Source: Abditibacteriaceae bacterium (GTDB taxonomy: Bacteria; Armatimonadota; Abditibacteriia; Abditibacteriales; Abditibacteriaceae). From it: 22,203 nucleotides of DNA. Every line of letters begins with the position of its first letter. Positions within the stretch are counted from its first letter, which is position 1. The stretch covers positions 1 through 22,203 of the forward strand of contig JANMKN010000136.1 of assembly GCA_031372065.1 (NCBI GenBank), in the 5' to 3' direction. Below are positions 1-9,661 of the stretch, in pieces. Below the pieces are notes generated by a model that worked only from the letters and a program-made list of their open reading frames with translations, searched no databases and was not told the origin of the DNA. The position numbers and the translations under genes were made by a program.

Positions 1-621
1 CTTGATCCAAAACTGGATGTGCAGCCTTTAAAACATCTGGATTCAAATGCAGAACAAATTAAACCTTCTTTACTCACGGTTTCACGCATTACTTTATTTG
101 AGCCTTACAAAGGCCACGAATATGTAATTAAAGCGATGCCACAGTTATTAAAGAGTTTTCCTAACTTAGTTTACGATATAGTGGGCGATGGAGACCGGCG
201 CCCAATTCTCGAAGTTTTAGCGGAACAAGAAAAAGTGAGCCATGCGGTTCGGTTTCATGGAGTAGTAAGTGATGAAGCATTAACACGCTTATATGCTAAT
301 GCTTGGGTCTTCGTAATGCCGAGCCATGTCGAAGGTTTTGGGTTCGTCTTTCTGGAAGCCATGGCTCAAGGCACACCTGCCATAGGTGGAAATACTGATG
401 CTGCAGGCGAAGTGATTGTCGATGGGCAGACCGGTTTTTTGGTAAGTCCTACTGAGCCTGATGAAATTGCTAAAGCTGTGACACATATCGTTGGAAATGA
501 CGCCTTGCGCGCCCAGATGCGCCATGATTGTATTTTTCGTGCCCAAAACAAATTTCATTTCGATCAATTTAAGCGCGATCTAATGCATTATCTGAGTGAG
601 TTAACTGCACAAAAGCCATAA
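1..621 (+). CDS. GT4 (GT-B) glycosyltransferase, 5'-truncated by the window edge
   Basis: The frame is open from base 1. It has the GT4 C-terminal motifs YKGHE, VGDG and the EX7E motif EGFGFVFLEAMAQGTPAIG. Confidence 0.9.
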   Translation, partial: LDPKLDVQPLKHLDSNAEQIKPSLLTVSRITLFEPYKGHEYVIKAMPQLLKSFPNLVYDIVGDGDRRPILEVLAEQEKVSHAVRFHGVVSDEALTRLYANAWVFVMPSHVEGFGFVFLEAMAQGTPAIGGNTDAAGEVIVDGQTGFLVSPTEPDEIAKAVTHIVGNDALRAQMRHDCIFRAQNKFHFDQFKRDLMHYLSELTAQKP

Positions 622-641
622 TTTGACAGGTCTGTTCTTCC

Positions 642-1808
642 ATGCGAATTCTACAAGTCACGTTGTCTTACTATCCAGAATCACAATTTGGTGGACAACC
701 AGAGAAAATTCGGGCATTGACCAAAGGTTTGCGTGAGCGTAATCATGAGGTTAAAGTAGTAACGACGCATTCTGACCGCGCTTTTACACACCAGCGTGAT
801 ATTGAAGGAATTGAGGTGCAGTATTTATCGTGGTGTGGACGAGGAACATACCGCATTCTACGCTCTGTAAGACCGCTGCGGCGTTTAGTTCAGTGGGCGG
901 ATGTTGTTCATTGTTACGGGCTTTATAACTTGCTTTGCCCTCTTGCAGCGTTATGGGCATACCAAATGGCACGTCCCTGTATTATAGAGCCGCTAGGAAT
1001 GTATGCACCCAAAATAAATAGCATACGGGCCAAGCGTTTGTATCATCGCATTTTTACTACGTCTATGGTGAAACAGGCTGCGCGTGTGGTTGCTACTTCA
1101 GCGATTGAAATTGAGGAATTACAGACTTTAGAAATTGGAAAACGCTTGGTTTTGCGTCGAGATGGAGTAGATATCAGGGAATTTGCTGCCTTACGCAACG
1201 AAACCCTTAGACTGCCTTTGCGCGAATCTTTTCGCGACCGACACGGCATTGGAGCGGATGATCAACTATTGTTGTATATAGGCCGCATCAGTCCCATCAA
1301 AAATCTGGAGACATTGGTATTAGCTTTTGAAAAGTCTGCTTTGAAGAATACAAAACTAATCTTGGCGGGGCCAATGTTAGAAGAAAATTATGCAAAAAAA
1401 TTGCGTTTACTTATTCAAAGTCAGGGTTTATCAAAACACGTCATTTTATTGGGGCCTGTTTACGAAGCCGAGAAGATAGAGGCTTTAGCCGCCGCCGATG
1501 GTTTTGTACTACCCTCGCATTTTGAAAGTTTTGGCATTGCCGCTGCCGAGGCGGTTGCATCAGGCCTGCCAGTTTTATTGACTAAAAATTGCGGCATAGC
1601 TGCTTTAGTTCACGGGCGTGCCGGTTTAGCTGTGACCGCTGACGTAGTAGGATTAGAGATGGGTTTATGTGATTTGTTTGGGAATTCAGTGCGTTGTTTA
1701 GAAATAACTCAACAATCTGAGGTCATCAAAGAATTGTCGTGGGAGCAACCAACGGACACTATGGAGCAAATTTACCGAGAGATCATACAGCCACAAAATC
1801 AACTTTAG
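642..1808 (+). CDS. GT4 glycosyltransferase
   Basis: N-terminal MRILQVT...FGG, GRISPIKN, and ESFGIAAAEAVASGLPV (EX7E). Confidence 0.9.
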   Translation: MRILQVTLSYYPESQFGGQPEKIRALTKGLRERNHEVKVVTTHSDRAFTHQRDIEGIEVQYLSWCGRGTYRILRSVRPLRRLVQWADVVHCYGLYNLLCPLAALWAYQMARPCIIEPLGMYAPKINSIRAKRLYHRIFTTSMVKQAARVVATSAIEIEELQTLEIGKRLVLRRDGVDIREFAALRNETLRLPLRESFRDRHGIGADDQLLLYIGRISPIKNLETLVLAFEKSALKNTKLILAGPMLEENYAKKLRLLIQSQGLSKHVILLGPVYEAEKIEALAAADGFVLPSHFESFGIAAAEAVASGLPVLLTKNCGIAALVHGRAGLAVTADVVGLEMGLCDLFGNSVRCLEITQQSEVIKELSWEQPTDTMEQIYREIIQPQNQL

Positions 1809-1851
1809 ATGGTTTTGTCTGATGGTCTCTCGCAAGAGACTTAGGAATTTC

Positions 1852-3582
1852 ATGTATATTCTCGGCATTAATGCGTATCATGGCGGCGCGTCGGCTTGTT
1901 TGGTGAAAGATGGGCAGCTTATTGCTGCTGTGGAAGATGAGCGGTTTCGGCGCCAGAAGTATTGGGCCGGGTTTCCGTCTGAAAGCATCAAGTTTTGCTT
2001 GAAGCAAGCGGGCATTACGGCTTATGATCTTGATCATGTGGCGATTTCGCGCGATCCCAGCGCGCATCTGGCGCAGAAGGCATTGTTTGCGTTGCGCAAG
2101 CGGCCTTCGTTCGGGGCGATTCGTGACCGTGTCTCGAATATGGGAGCGGTGAAAGACATCAAAGGTGCGCTATGCCACGCTTTTGATCTTGACGCGAAAA
2201 CTCTCAAAGCAGAGTTTCATCGTGTTGAGCATCATCGGGCGCACATGGCGAGTGCGTTTTTTGTCTCGCCTTTTAGAGAAGCGGCGATTCTTTCTATTGA
2301 CGGCATGGGTGACTTTGTTAGCACCATGGTAGGGCAGGGCAAAGATAACCAGATTGAAGTGTTGGATCATGTGTTGTTTCCACATTCGCTGGGCATCTTT
2401 TTCACGGCGCTGACGCAATGGCTGGGCTTTCCCAATTACGGCGATGAAGGCAAGGTGCAGGGATTAGCGCCCTATGGCACACCGCGCTATTTGGACGAAA
2501 TGCACAAGATGGTGCGTCTCACCAGCGGCGGAGCCTTTGAACTCAATTTAGATTACTTTGTGCATCACGCCCAGGGCGTTGATATGACATGGGATGATGG
2601 TTCTCCCACCGTTGGTACATTGTATTCCAATAAAGTCGTTCAGCTTTTGGGAGAGCCACGCGCTTATCGTGGCGAATATAGCGACCATTATCGTGATGTG
2701 GCGGCGTCCATGCAAGTGATGCTTGAAGAAGCTGAATTTCATATTGTGCACGATGCATTCAAGCGCACCGGGCAAAAAGCGCTTTGTTTGGCGGGCGGTG
2801 TGGCTCTCAATAGTTCGTTTAATGGCAAGATTCTGCCTCAGACCGAGTTTGAAGATATTTATGTTCAGCCTGCATCGGGCGACGCCGGCACCGCGTTAGG
2901 CGCTGCTTATTACGTTTATCATCAGGTTTTGGGGCAGCCTCGCACATTTGAGATGAAGCACGCGTATACTGGCCCGGCGTTTTCAAATGCCGAATGTGAA
3001 GCCACGCTGAAAGAACGTGGCTTCGCCTATCAGACTTTGGACGACAAGCAGTTGTATCAAGCAACAGCAGGCGACATTATGCAGGGTAAAGTAGTGGGCT
3101 GGTTTCAAGGTGCTGCTGAGTGGGGGCCACGTGCGTTGGGCAACCGTAGTATTGTTGCTGATCCGCGTCGCACCGATATGAAAGAAATTCTCAATGCGCG
3201 CATTAAACATCGGGAAGCCTTCCGGCCATTTGCGCCCTCAATTTTAGCGGAGTCTGTAGGAGATTACTTCGACCAAACTTATCCTGATCCGTTTATGATT
3301 AAGGTTTACGGAGTTCTGAAAGCAAAACAGGCAGAAATCCCGGCAGTAACTCATGTAGATGGAACTGGGCGCCTACAAACAGTTGAGCGCAGCGTCAATG
3401 AACGTTATTGGGAATTGATCCATGAATTTGGCACTCAAAGTGGCACGCCCGTTGTTTTAAATACTTCGTTTAATGACAATGAGCCGATTGTCTGCTCTCC
3501 CGTAGAAGCGGCCAACTGTTTTGAGCGCACGCACATGGATACATTAGTGTTGGGGAATTATATTGTGCGCAAAGACAGTTAA
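1852..3582 (+). CDS. Carbamoyltransferase, NodU/CmcH family
   Basis: Motifs MYILGINAYH, EHHRAHMAS, DGMGD, LAGGVALN, GDAG, EWGPRALGNRS, IKHREAFRPFAP, HVDGTGRLQTV, LNTSFN. The ATG at 1852 follows AGGA and matches the family N-terminus better than the start at 1822. Confidence 0.93.
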   Translation: MYILGINAYHGGASACLVKDGQLIAAVEDERFRRQKYWAGFPSESIKFCLKQAGITAYDLDHVAISRDPSAHLAQKALFALRKRPSFGAIRDRVSNMGAVKDIKGALCHAFDLDAKTLKAEFHRVEHHRAHMASAFFVSPFREAAILSIDGMGDFVSTMVGQGKDNQIEVLDHVLFPHSLGIFFTALTQWLGFPNYGDEGKVQGLAPYGTPRYLDEMHKMVRLTSGGAFELNLDYFVHHAQGVDMTWDDGSPTVGTLYSNKVVQLLGEPRAYRGEYSDHYRDVAASMQVMLEEAEFHIVHDAFKRTGQKALCLAGGVALNSSFNGKILPQTEFEDIYVQPASGDAGTALGAAYYVYHQVLGQPRTFEMKHAYTGPAFSNAECEATLKERGFAYQTLDDKQLYQATAGDIMQGKVVGWFQGAAEWGPRALGNRSIVADPRRTDMKEILNARIKHREAFRPFAPSILAESVGDYFDQTYPDPFMIKVYGVLKAKQAEIPAVTHVDGTGRLQTVERSVNERYWELIHEFGTQSGTPVVLNTSFNDNEPIVCSPVEAANCFERTHMDTLVLGNYIVRKDS

Positions 3583-3770
3583 AAACACAAAATTGTGCTA
3601 TTTTAGCGTATGTGAGATTGCTATTTGTAATCTTACAGTAACGCCTTTCGGTTACAATACAAAAGGTCGCTCTGAAGTTCATCGCACTTTTATCCACTGA
3701 TTACTTTTGAGCTAATTCCACAATTGCCCGTAGAAATATAAAAATTATCTGTGGGGCGAAGGAGGAAGGA

Positions 3771-5045
3771 ATGAGAATTTGTCTCGTTAGCGAGTATTTT
3801 TACCCGGATAATACCGGCGGCACAGGAACAGTGCTTTCCCAATTGCTGAACCATTTTAGCAATCATTATCCTGACATAGAAATTGACGTCATTACCAGCC
3901 GCAATCTTTATCGGGGTGACGAAGAGCTTTTGCCGGTTCAGGAAATGTGGAACGGCATTCGTATTTTGCGTGTAGGCACTCCTAAAGCGCCGCCCTATCC
4001 CCTGCGCAAGCGGTTAATGGTGAATACGCGTTTTAGTATCGCGGCTCTGCGCAAATTGTTGGGAAATTTTCGTAAGTATGATTTGGTAATAGTCTCGACA
4101 GCGCCACCGCCTTTGCCGTTAGCTGCTAAAGTTTTCAAAAACTTGACGGGAACGCCTTACATTTACCTAATCTACGATTTGTATCCCGATATTGCTCTGG
4201 CGCTCAATGTGATAGGGCCGTCAAAAGCGACGCGGCTCATACAAAAATTACAAAAAGGCTGGATGCAGGGAGCGGCGAAAACTGTAGTTTTGGGACGCTG
4301 TATGAAGGATTATCTCACTCAAAATTATCAACTGTCCCCTGATAAAATCGCTGCCATTCCAGTCGGTTCGGATGCGAAAAAAATTGTGCCGCAGGACAAA
4401 AACAGCCGGTTTCGCGCCCACTATGATTTACAGGGTTTTGTGGTTTTATGGGCTGGCAATTTTGGTCAACATCAAAACTTTGATGCCATCATAGACTCCG
4501 CCAAGTTACTGACGGACAACCCGCATCAGATTACTTTTGTCTTTGTAGGCGATGGGGCACAAAAAGATTACATTGCTGCTCGCATTATCAAAGAAGAGAT
4601 CACAAATGCTCGGCTTTTACCCTTTGTGTCCGAGGAAGATTTTTCCGATATGTTAGCGTCTGCCGATGTTTCACTGGTTTCTTTAGAATCGGGGGCAGAA
4701 GGTCTGGGAGTGCCGAGCAAGTTTTATAATATTCTTGCTTCGGGACGGCCTACTGTGGCGCTTGTTGCTCCCACTTCTGAAGTAGCGTGTGTGCTGGAAG
4801 AAGAGAACTGCGGCGTGCGAGTAGAGCAGGGTAATGCCCTTCAATTAGCGGAAGCTATCTCGCATTTGGCAAATTCTCCAGAGCTTTTACAGCGCATGGG
4901 GGCAAATGCTCGTCGGGCCTGCGAGGAACGCTATTCGATAGAACATATAGCGCATCAATTTTATGAGGTCTTTCTCGCAGCGCAGCGTGATAGGCCAACG
5001 CAAAGCCGTGATGTTGATAGTCTGCCCGTTTCTGAAACAGGATAA
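3771..5045 (+). CDS. GT4 glycosyltransferase, WcaI/WbuB-like
   Basis: SEYFYPD, YDLYPD, AGNFGQHQ and GVPSKFYNILASGRP motifs, with AGGAGG upstream of the start. Confidence 0.88.
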   Translation: MRICLVSEYFYPDNTGGTGTVLSQLLNHFSNHYPDIEIDVITSRNLYRGDEELLPVQEMWNGIRILRVGTPKAPPYPLRKRLMVNTRFSIAALRKLLGNFRKYDLVIVSTAPPPLPLAAKVFKNLTGTPYIYLIYDLYPDIALALNVIGPSKATRLIQKLQKGWMQGAAKTVVLGRCMKDYLTQNYQLSPDKIAAIPVGSDAKKIVPQDKNSRFRAHYDLQGFVVLWAGNFGQHQNFDAIIDSAKLLTDNPHQITFVFVGDGAQKDYIAARIIKEEITNARLLPFVSEEDFSDMLASADVSLVSLESGAEGLGVPSKFYNILASGRPTVALVAPTSEVACVLEEENCGVRVEQGNALQLAEAISHLANSPELLQRMGANARRACEERYSIEHIAHQFYEVFLAAQRDRPTQSRDVDSLPVSETG

Positions 5046-5089
5046 TTTAGCCTCAAATCCAACAAGCAAATACCAAAGGCGCGGCAGGC

Positions 5090-5127
5090 CGCTATAGCTA
5101 AAGCTAATCGTGGCTTTAGCTATAGCG
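5090..5127. terminator. Perfect 15-bp stem-loop between convergent genes (putative bidirectional terminator)
   Basis: CGCTATAGCTAAAGC (5090-5104), 8-nt loop, GCTTTAGCTATAGCG (5113-5127). There is no clear U-tract. Confidence 0.55.
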
Positions 5128-5149
5128 TGATTTGAGAACGTCGCCAAAT

Positions 5150-5344
5150 TTAGCGACGGCCATGCGTTGCAAGGTCATTTGATATGACCGTTCGTGCGTT
5201 TGCAGACACGGGACGCTCTTCTGCGCGTGTCGAACGCGTTGGATGCAGATTGGCAAGATTGCCGATGCCATCCAGCAGCCACCACAACAAAGCAATTGGC
5301 CGCAATTGCTTGTCTGCATCAGGTTCTTTTTTCAAATCCCACAT
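5150..5344 (-). CDS. Small hypothetical protein (64 aa)
   Basis: A perfect AGGAGG (plus strand cctcct 5351-5356) lies 6 nt before the ATG. The upstream region is AT-rich and the ORF ends next to the 5090-5127 hairpin. Confidence 0.55.
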   Translation of the reverse strand: MWDLKKEPDADKQLRPIALLWWLLDGIGNLANLHPTRSTRAEERPVSANARTVISNDLATHGRR

Positions 5345-5536
5345 TTATAGCCTCCTTCTGCTTTTTTTCTCAAACTTTGTTATTTTTTTATTTTAATAAA
5401 TCACTTATAGGAGCTATGAGTCTTGTAAAGATATTATACAATAAACTGAATAAAGACATGACAAACAAGGAACGTATTCCAACGTAGCATTTTTAGTGCC
5501 AATAAATTAGCGATAGAATTCAAAAAAGAAAGTGCG

Positions 5537-5729
5537 ATGAGATTAGGCGTAGGGAGGAAAGTGGCTGAGATATTAGCTGGTTCGTGGCGTGCCAAGACGC
5601 CTTTGGCTACTGATGGAACTTCGTCGTGGGCGCCGTTAGTGAGTTTGCTCACGGGTTGTGGTGCGGCGGGTTTGGGTTGGTGGCGCATTCAGCAAACGGA
5701 GATGCGTGAGAGCGCTGCTGGTCTGGAAC
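5537..5729 (+). pseudogene. 5' fragment of a gene truncated by IS3 (possibly a nucleotidyltransferase-family protein)
   Basis: The ORF runs directly into the IS3 left end at 5730. LAGSWR...LLxxGAxxLGWWRI recalls N-termini of NTP_transf_5-like proteins (from memory, not searched). Confidence 0.4.
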
Positions 5730-6978
5730 TGGTCTGCTCCCCAAATTTCGAGGCATCTGAAAGATTAGACTCATAGCCTGCAAAGGGCATACAAGGAGTC
5801 GAATCGTGAAAAAGAGCCAGTTTAGCGAAGAGCAGATTGTCCGCTTGCTCCAAGAAGCGGCCCGAGGAGAGAAAAGCCAATCGCAACTCTGCTGCGAGCA
5901 TGGGATCAGCGAGAATACCTTCTACACGAGAATACCTTCTACACATGGAAGCGCAAATATGGCAGTTTGCAATGTCAGGATGTGCGCAGACTCAAGGAAC
6001 TCGAAGCGGAGAATAGCCAATTGAAACGCCTGATGGCCGAGCGTGATCTGGAGATTGACGCCGTGCGCACTCTGTTCCGAAAAAACGGCTGGGCGCTCCC
6101 GAACGCACATCGGGAGCGAGGTCTCTGATGGAGCATGGTGTGACAACACGGCGGTCGTGCTACATTATGAATTTGTCCCCTTCCATGCTCTATTAGCTCC
6201 GGTAGCGGATCGTAATGCGCAACTGCGGCAACGATTGCGTGAGGTGGCCCGTCCCGGTATTGGCTATCGTATGGCTCGTGCTCTGGTGCTGCCGCAATTC
6301 GGTGTTCTTAATCATAAGCGCGTTTATGGCTTATGGAAACAAGAGCGTCTGGCACGCAAGAAAACCAAAAAGAAGCGCCGCACTGGGGCCACAGTGCCCT
6401 TGGCCGCTACTCGTGCCAATCAAGTTTGGTGTTTGGATTTCTGCCACGATGCCTGTCTCAACGGCAGCAAGTTGAAAGTCTTGGCCATCAAAGACGAATA
6501 CACCAGAGAATGTCTGGCTTTGGAAGCGGCCACTCGTCTCAACAGCCACAGCGTGCGTCGGATTCTGCAACGCCTGCAAGAAGAACGAGCAAGAAGAACG
6601 AGGGGTGCCGGAGTATCTGCGCTCAGATAACGGCCCGGAGTTCATCGCTCGGCACCTGAGCATCTGGCTGATGAGTCAGGGCAGTCAATCGCACTTCATC
6701 AAGCCGGGGTCGCTACTGCCCAAAGGGCACCCGCAAAACGGACATGCCGAGTGTTTCATGGCTCGCCTACGAGTTGAGTGTCTAAATGCCGAGGTGTTCC
6801 ACAACTTGGCCGATGCCCGATTGAAACTCAACCTATTCCGTCGTTACTACAATCAGGAGCGACCCCACTCGGCGCTTGGTTATATCCCACCTGCCCAGTT
6901 CGCTGAGGAACTGCGAAACAAGGACAGGTAAACTCAAATCCTAATCTTTCGTTTGTATCGACAAATGGGGGCAGTTCA
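5730..6978 (+). mobile_element. Degenerate IS3-family element
   Basis: IRL TGGTCTGCTCCCCAAATTTCGAGGCATCTGAAAGATTAG from 5730 and IRR CTAATCTTTCGTTTGTATCGACAAATGGGGGCAGTTCA at 6941-6978, with TG...CA ends. The flanks (GAAC / GTTG) show no target duplication. Confidence 0.88.
5806..6931 (+). pseudogene. IS3 transposase orfAB, multiply frameshifted
   Basis: MKKSQFSEEQIV (OrfA), WCLDF, LRSDNGPEF, QNGHAE, YNQERPHSALGY. It is broken by a 17-bp duplication (5911-5944), a 13-bp duplication (6576-6601) and further lesions near 6100-6200. Confidence 0.9.
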
Positions 6979-7282
6979 GTTGTTCCAATGGTTGCAATCG
7001 CAGAATCCGGGACAGTTCCCCGACGGTCAACTGCGCACGCTACAGCGGCGGGTGAAACAATGGCGGCGCGAGCATCTGTATTCCGATGACACACTTTGGA
7101 ACAGCTTTTTCTCCAATGTGGCACGACCTGTGGCGGAAAAGGCAGACCCCCAAATGACGTAGGAGACCCCAAAAACGCGTGCCGCAGGCAGACAGAACTG
7201 CGGCGTTTTAGAAAAAGAAGAAGTATGATTTTAAATGAGGCAACATCGCCCCAGTAGTTCGATTTTTATTTGAGGCAATACG
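6979..7282 (+). mobile_element. 3' remnant of an ISNCY/IS21-like transposase gene with its terminal repeats
   Basis: LFQWLQSQNPGQFPDGQLRTLQRRVKQWR transposase motif, followed by two GATTTT-N3-4-TGAGGCAA repeats (7227-7243, 7261-7278). The exact end is uncertain. Confidence 0.6.
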
Positions 7283-7359
7283 GGTGTCACGACTGTTGGA
7301 TCTACCCTGGTTTGGAGAACATGGGAACGGTAAGTGTCATTAAGGCGGCTTGATTTTTG

Positions 7360-7388
7360 TTGCCCAGGACGGTTTTTTGGTCTATACT
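7360..7388 (+). promoter_or_regulatory. Putative sigma70 promoter of the HTH-vapC operon
   Basis: TTGCCC-17 nt-TATACT, followed by AGGAG before ATG 7418. Confidence 0.5.
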
Positions 7389-7417
7389 TTGATTAACATT
7401 GCTATACAGGAGTAGAC

Positions 7418-7750
7418 ATGGCAGACCGAAGCGAACAATTTTTAACGGTGGAGCAAGCCGCCCGTCGCCTACACGTTCACCCCATGACGGTGCGCCGTCA
7501 CCTGAAAAGTGGCCTTTTGCGCGGGCGCAAGCAGGGCAAGTTATGGCGCGTGGCGGAAAGTGCCTTGAGCGAAACCAACAATTCGCAAATTATACAACCC
7601 ATTACACAACCCACCGTTTCACCTTTGGCACGGGCTTTGGCCCTGGTCGAGGAAAGGGACGCCAAAAGCGGGCCTGTTACGCCTCGCATTTCGGGCGTCA
7701 ATGACGCCGCCACCGAATTGCGACAGATGCGCGAGGAGCGCACGCCTTGA
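7418..7750 (+). CDS. Excisionase-like HTH (HTH_17) protein, putative antitoxin of VapC
   Basis: FLTVEQAARRLHVHPMTVRRHLKSGLLRG..GKLWRV, a VapB-like tail (DAATELRQMREER), and overlap with the toxin start. Confidence 0.75.
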   Translation: MADRSEQFLTVEQAARRLHVHPMTVRRHLKSGLLRGRKQGKLWRVAESALSETNNSQIIQPITQPTVSPLARALALVEERDAKSGPVTPRISGVNDAATELRQMREERTP

Positions 7751-8226
7751 GTGATAGTGATAGAGTTTGCCTTGATGCCAGCGTCGCTTTAGCGTTTGTT
7801 CTGGAGGACGAGCCATTACATGAACAGGCGAAGCAGTTGATCCGGCAATGGGCCGCGCAAAACGTCACGCTTTGCGCTCCGGCGATGTTCGCCTATGAAT
7901 GCGACAGCATCATTCGCTTGCGGGTTTACAAAAAAGCCCTCACTCTCCAAAAAGCAGAAGAAGCAAGGGCCTTTCTCGATGCTTTGGGTATAACCATTGA
8001 ATACGACGCCAGTGACCGCACGCGGGCCTATCAAATCGCCACCGACTACGACCAGCCGCGCGCTTATGATGCCGCTTACGCCGCCCATGCCGAAGCGCGT
8101 GGTGTGGAACTGGTGACCACGGACGCGCCGTTTTTTGAAGCGGTCAATGGCGCGAAGAAGCCCAAGAAAGCCGCCGCCTTAACTTTCGTGAAATTATTGA
8201 CAGCAGGGCCATTGAAGACTCCTTGA
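7747..8226 (+). CDS. vapC: PIN-domain toxin (VapC)
   Basis: VCLDASVAL, acidic residue in YECDS, AYDAAYAAHAE, LVTTD. Confidence 0.88.
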   Translation: MSDSDRVCLDASVALAFVLEDEPLHEQAKQLIRQWAAQNVTLCAPAMFAYECDSIIRLRVYKKALTLQKAEEARAFLDALGITIEYDASDRTRAYQIATDYDQPRAYDAAYAAHAEARGVELVTTDAPFFEAVNGAKKPKKAAALTFVKLLTAGPLKTP

Positions 8227-8329
8227 AGACTCCTTGAGTGGCAATGAAGAATAAAGATGAAGAGGGCACTGGAAACCTCATCAGGGGCACGACAACGAAC
8301 GCTTCATTTTACAGCCACAAGAGAATTCA

Positions 8330-8639
8330 GGCAACGCGGCTTTGAGGCGCAATGGAACCGAGAATACAAAGCGTTGGCGGCGGGTGTCGTTTGCGTCACG
8401 GTGGACGCACGCAACACGTCGCGCATTTGTTCCAAGTGCGGACACTGCGAAAAAGCCAATCGAAAATCTCAAAAGCATTTTAAGTATCTCTCTTGCGGGC
8501 ATGAACAAAATGCCGATGCCAGCGCCTCGCAAAACATCTCGAAGGGGGCGCTTGTCAATGCGCCTCTTGTGGTCTACTCATAGAGCAACGTGAGAGTTGG
8601 AACTACAAGCCCCGCCGCTTGTGGGCATGGGTAATTGAC
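8330..8639 (+). pseudogene. tnpB: tnpB 3' remnant with IS200/IS605 right end
   Basis: EYKA..VDARNTSRICSKCGH..NRKSQ..CGHEQNADASASQNI. It is followed by CAAG (8606-8609), a degenerate hairpin and TGAC (8636-8639). Confidence 0.8.
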
Positions 8640-8836
8640 TGTTTCGCTCCCAAAATAAAGTTTACCTAAAGAGTAAGTTTTTTTATAAATAGCCCTTGTA
8701 TAATATTACCAGTAGTTGAAAAAAAATGACGCAGAAAAATGCGGTCAAGTTGGGTTCGAGTTAGAGCGGGAAAAATCAGTGCAAAAAAGGGCTAAAAAAG
8801 GCCCTTAAAAGCGGTTAATACTGATTCTAAGAGCGC

Positions 8837-9025
8837 GGAATTAAAGGAATTAAATTCACGCTTTCTCGTTCAAAACGGCTATTTAATTCACGCAAACTTT
8901 GACAAACTTTGACAAACTTTGACAAAAGGCCCGAATTAATTTTTTGCGCAAAATTGGTGCGCAAAATTGGTGCGTAAAAGGGCGCGTAAAACAGGGCAAA
9001 AAGCGGCTCAAAACGGCCTAAAAAA
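8837..9025. repeat. Cluster of short tandem repeats and A-tracts
   Basis: GGAATTAAA x2 (8837), CAAACTTTGA x3 (8893), TGCGCAAAATTGG x2 (8945), then A4-6 tracts about every 10-12 nt. Confidence 0.8.
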
Positions 9026-9592
9026 CACGGTTGCAAGGGGTTTGAAAATGGAGTGAAGCGGTGCCGTTCACAGCGCCGGGGCGCCGCTATAAAACGGGGT
9101 TCAAGAATGTCACAAAAAGCCAAGGAAAACGGAAATAGAAATAGGCGCGTGGGTAGGGCACTGCGGCAAGAGAGGCGGCGTGGAGGGAGCGTGCAATGTA
9201 TTCCGTTTTCTCCGGTGACCCCATAACGGGCGTTTCGGTGACGTAAGCGGGAAACGTGGCGCGCTAAATACTTTCCAAGTCACTTGGATTTTCACAGGGA
9301 GAGACAAACCGTCAAATACCATCACCAACAAGCGGTGAGGCTTGTACTTCCAAGTTCGGCAATGCTTTGCGGACGGAGGGCAATAGGCCAATTGACGGTG
9401 GCCCTGCCTCTGTAGGCATTGCCCGCAGAAGACACTGATTTCTCAGTGACGTTTCAGAATTTTACGCAGCAAAACGTCATTGAGTTGCTGCAACCTGATA
9501 TTCCGACTTGTCGAGGTGCGACTGCACAAACTGTTGCTTTCTTGCGAAAGTGCCTTGCGTGCAAGTCAAATTATAACCGAACTCTGAGGCAA

Positions 9593-9661
9593 AGTCGTCC
9601 CAAGGACGACACCTCAATTCCTCCCCACGGACAAGCCGTGGAGTATCCTTGAGGTATTTTT
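9593..9661 (-). mobile_element. Orphan IS200/IS605 left end abutting the DUF1552 start codon
   Basis: Minus strand: TCAT | AAAAATACCTCAAG GATA CTCCACGG-CTTGT-CCGTGGGG AGGAATTGAGGT, then a GTCGTCC-TTG-GGACGAC hairpin. This is the same two-hairpin layout as the left end at 12321-12389. Confidence 0.65.

Noticed and set aside
8640..8656. Orphan guide targeting the IS3 left end (13/17 match to 5730-5746)
   Set aside because: The mismatches cluster in the TAM-proximal seed, and the similarity could be chance.
8692..8722. dif-like site
   Set aside because: Only a weak XerC-like half is present, with no TTATGTTAAA-like XerD arm.
8893..8980. Possible CRISPR array
   Set aside because: The repeats are 10-13 bp and directly adjacent, with no spacers and no cas genes in the window.
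9191..9219. CRISPR-repeat-like 29-mer ending ATTGCAC on the minus strand
   Set aside because: Single copy only.
9392..9425. Possible right end for the orphan left end (hairpin then GTCAA on minus)
   Set aside because: There is no matching GAnT guide tetranucleotide at the hairpin foot.
9587..9615. c-di-GMP-I riboswitch-like GGCAAA + hairpin
   Set aside because: It lacks the GNRA loop and the GACGCAAA junction, and is better explained as the second hairpin of the IS left end.
9419..9652. 77-aa ORF upstream of DUF1552 (and ORFs 8827-9123, 9110-9391)
   Set aside because: No RBS or motifs; they run through repeats, hairpins and an IS end.
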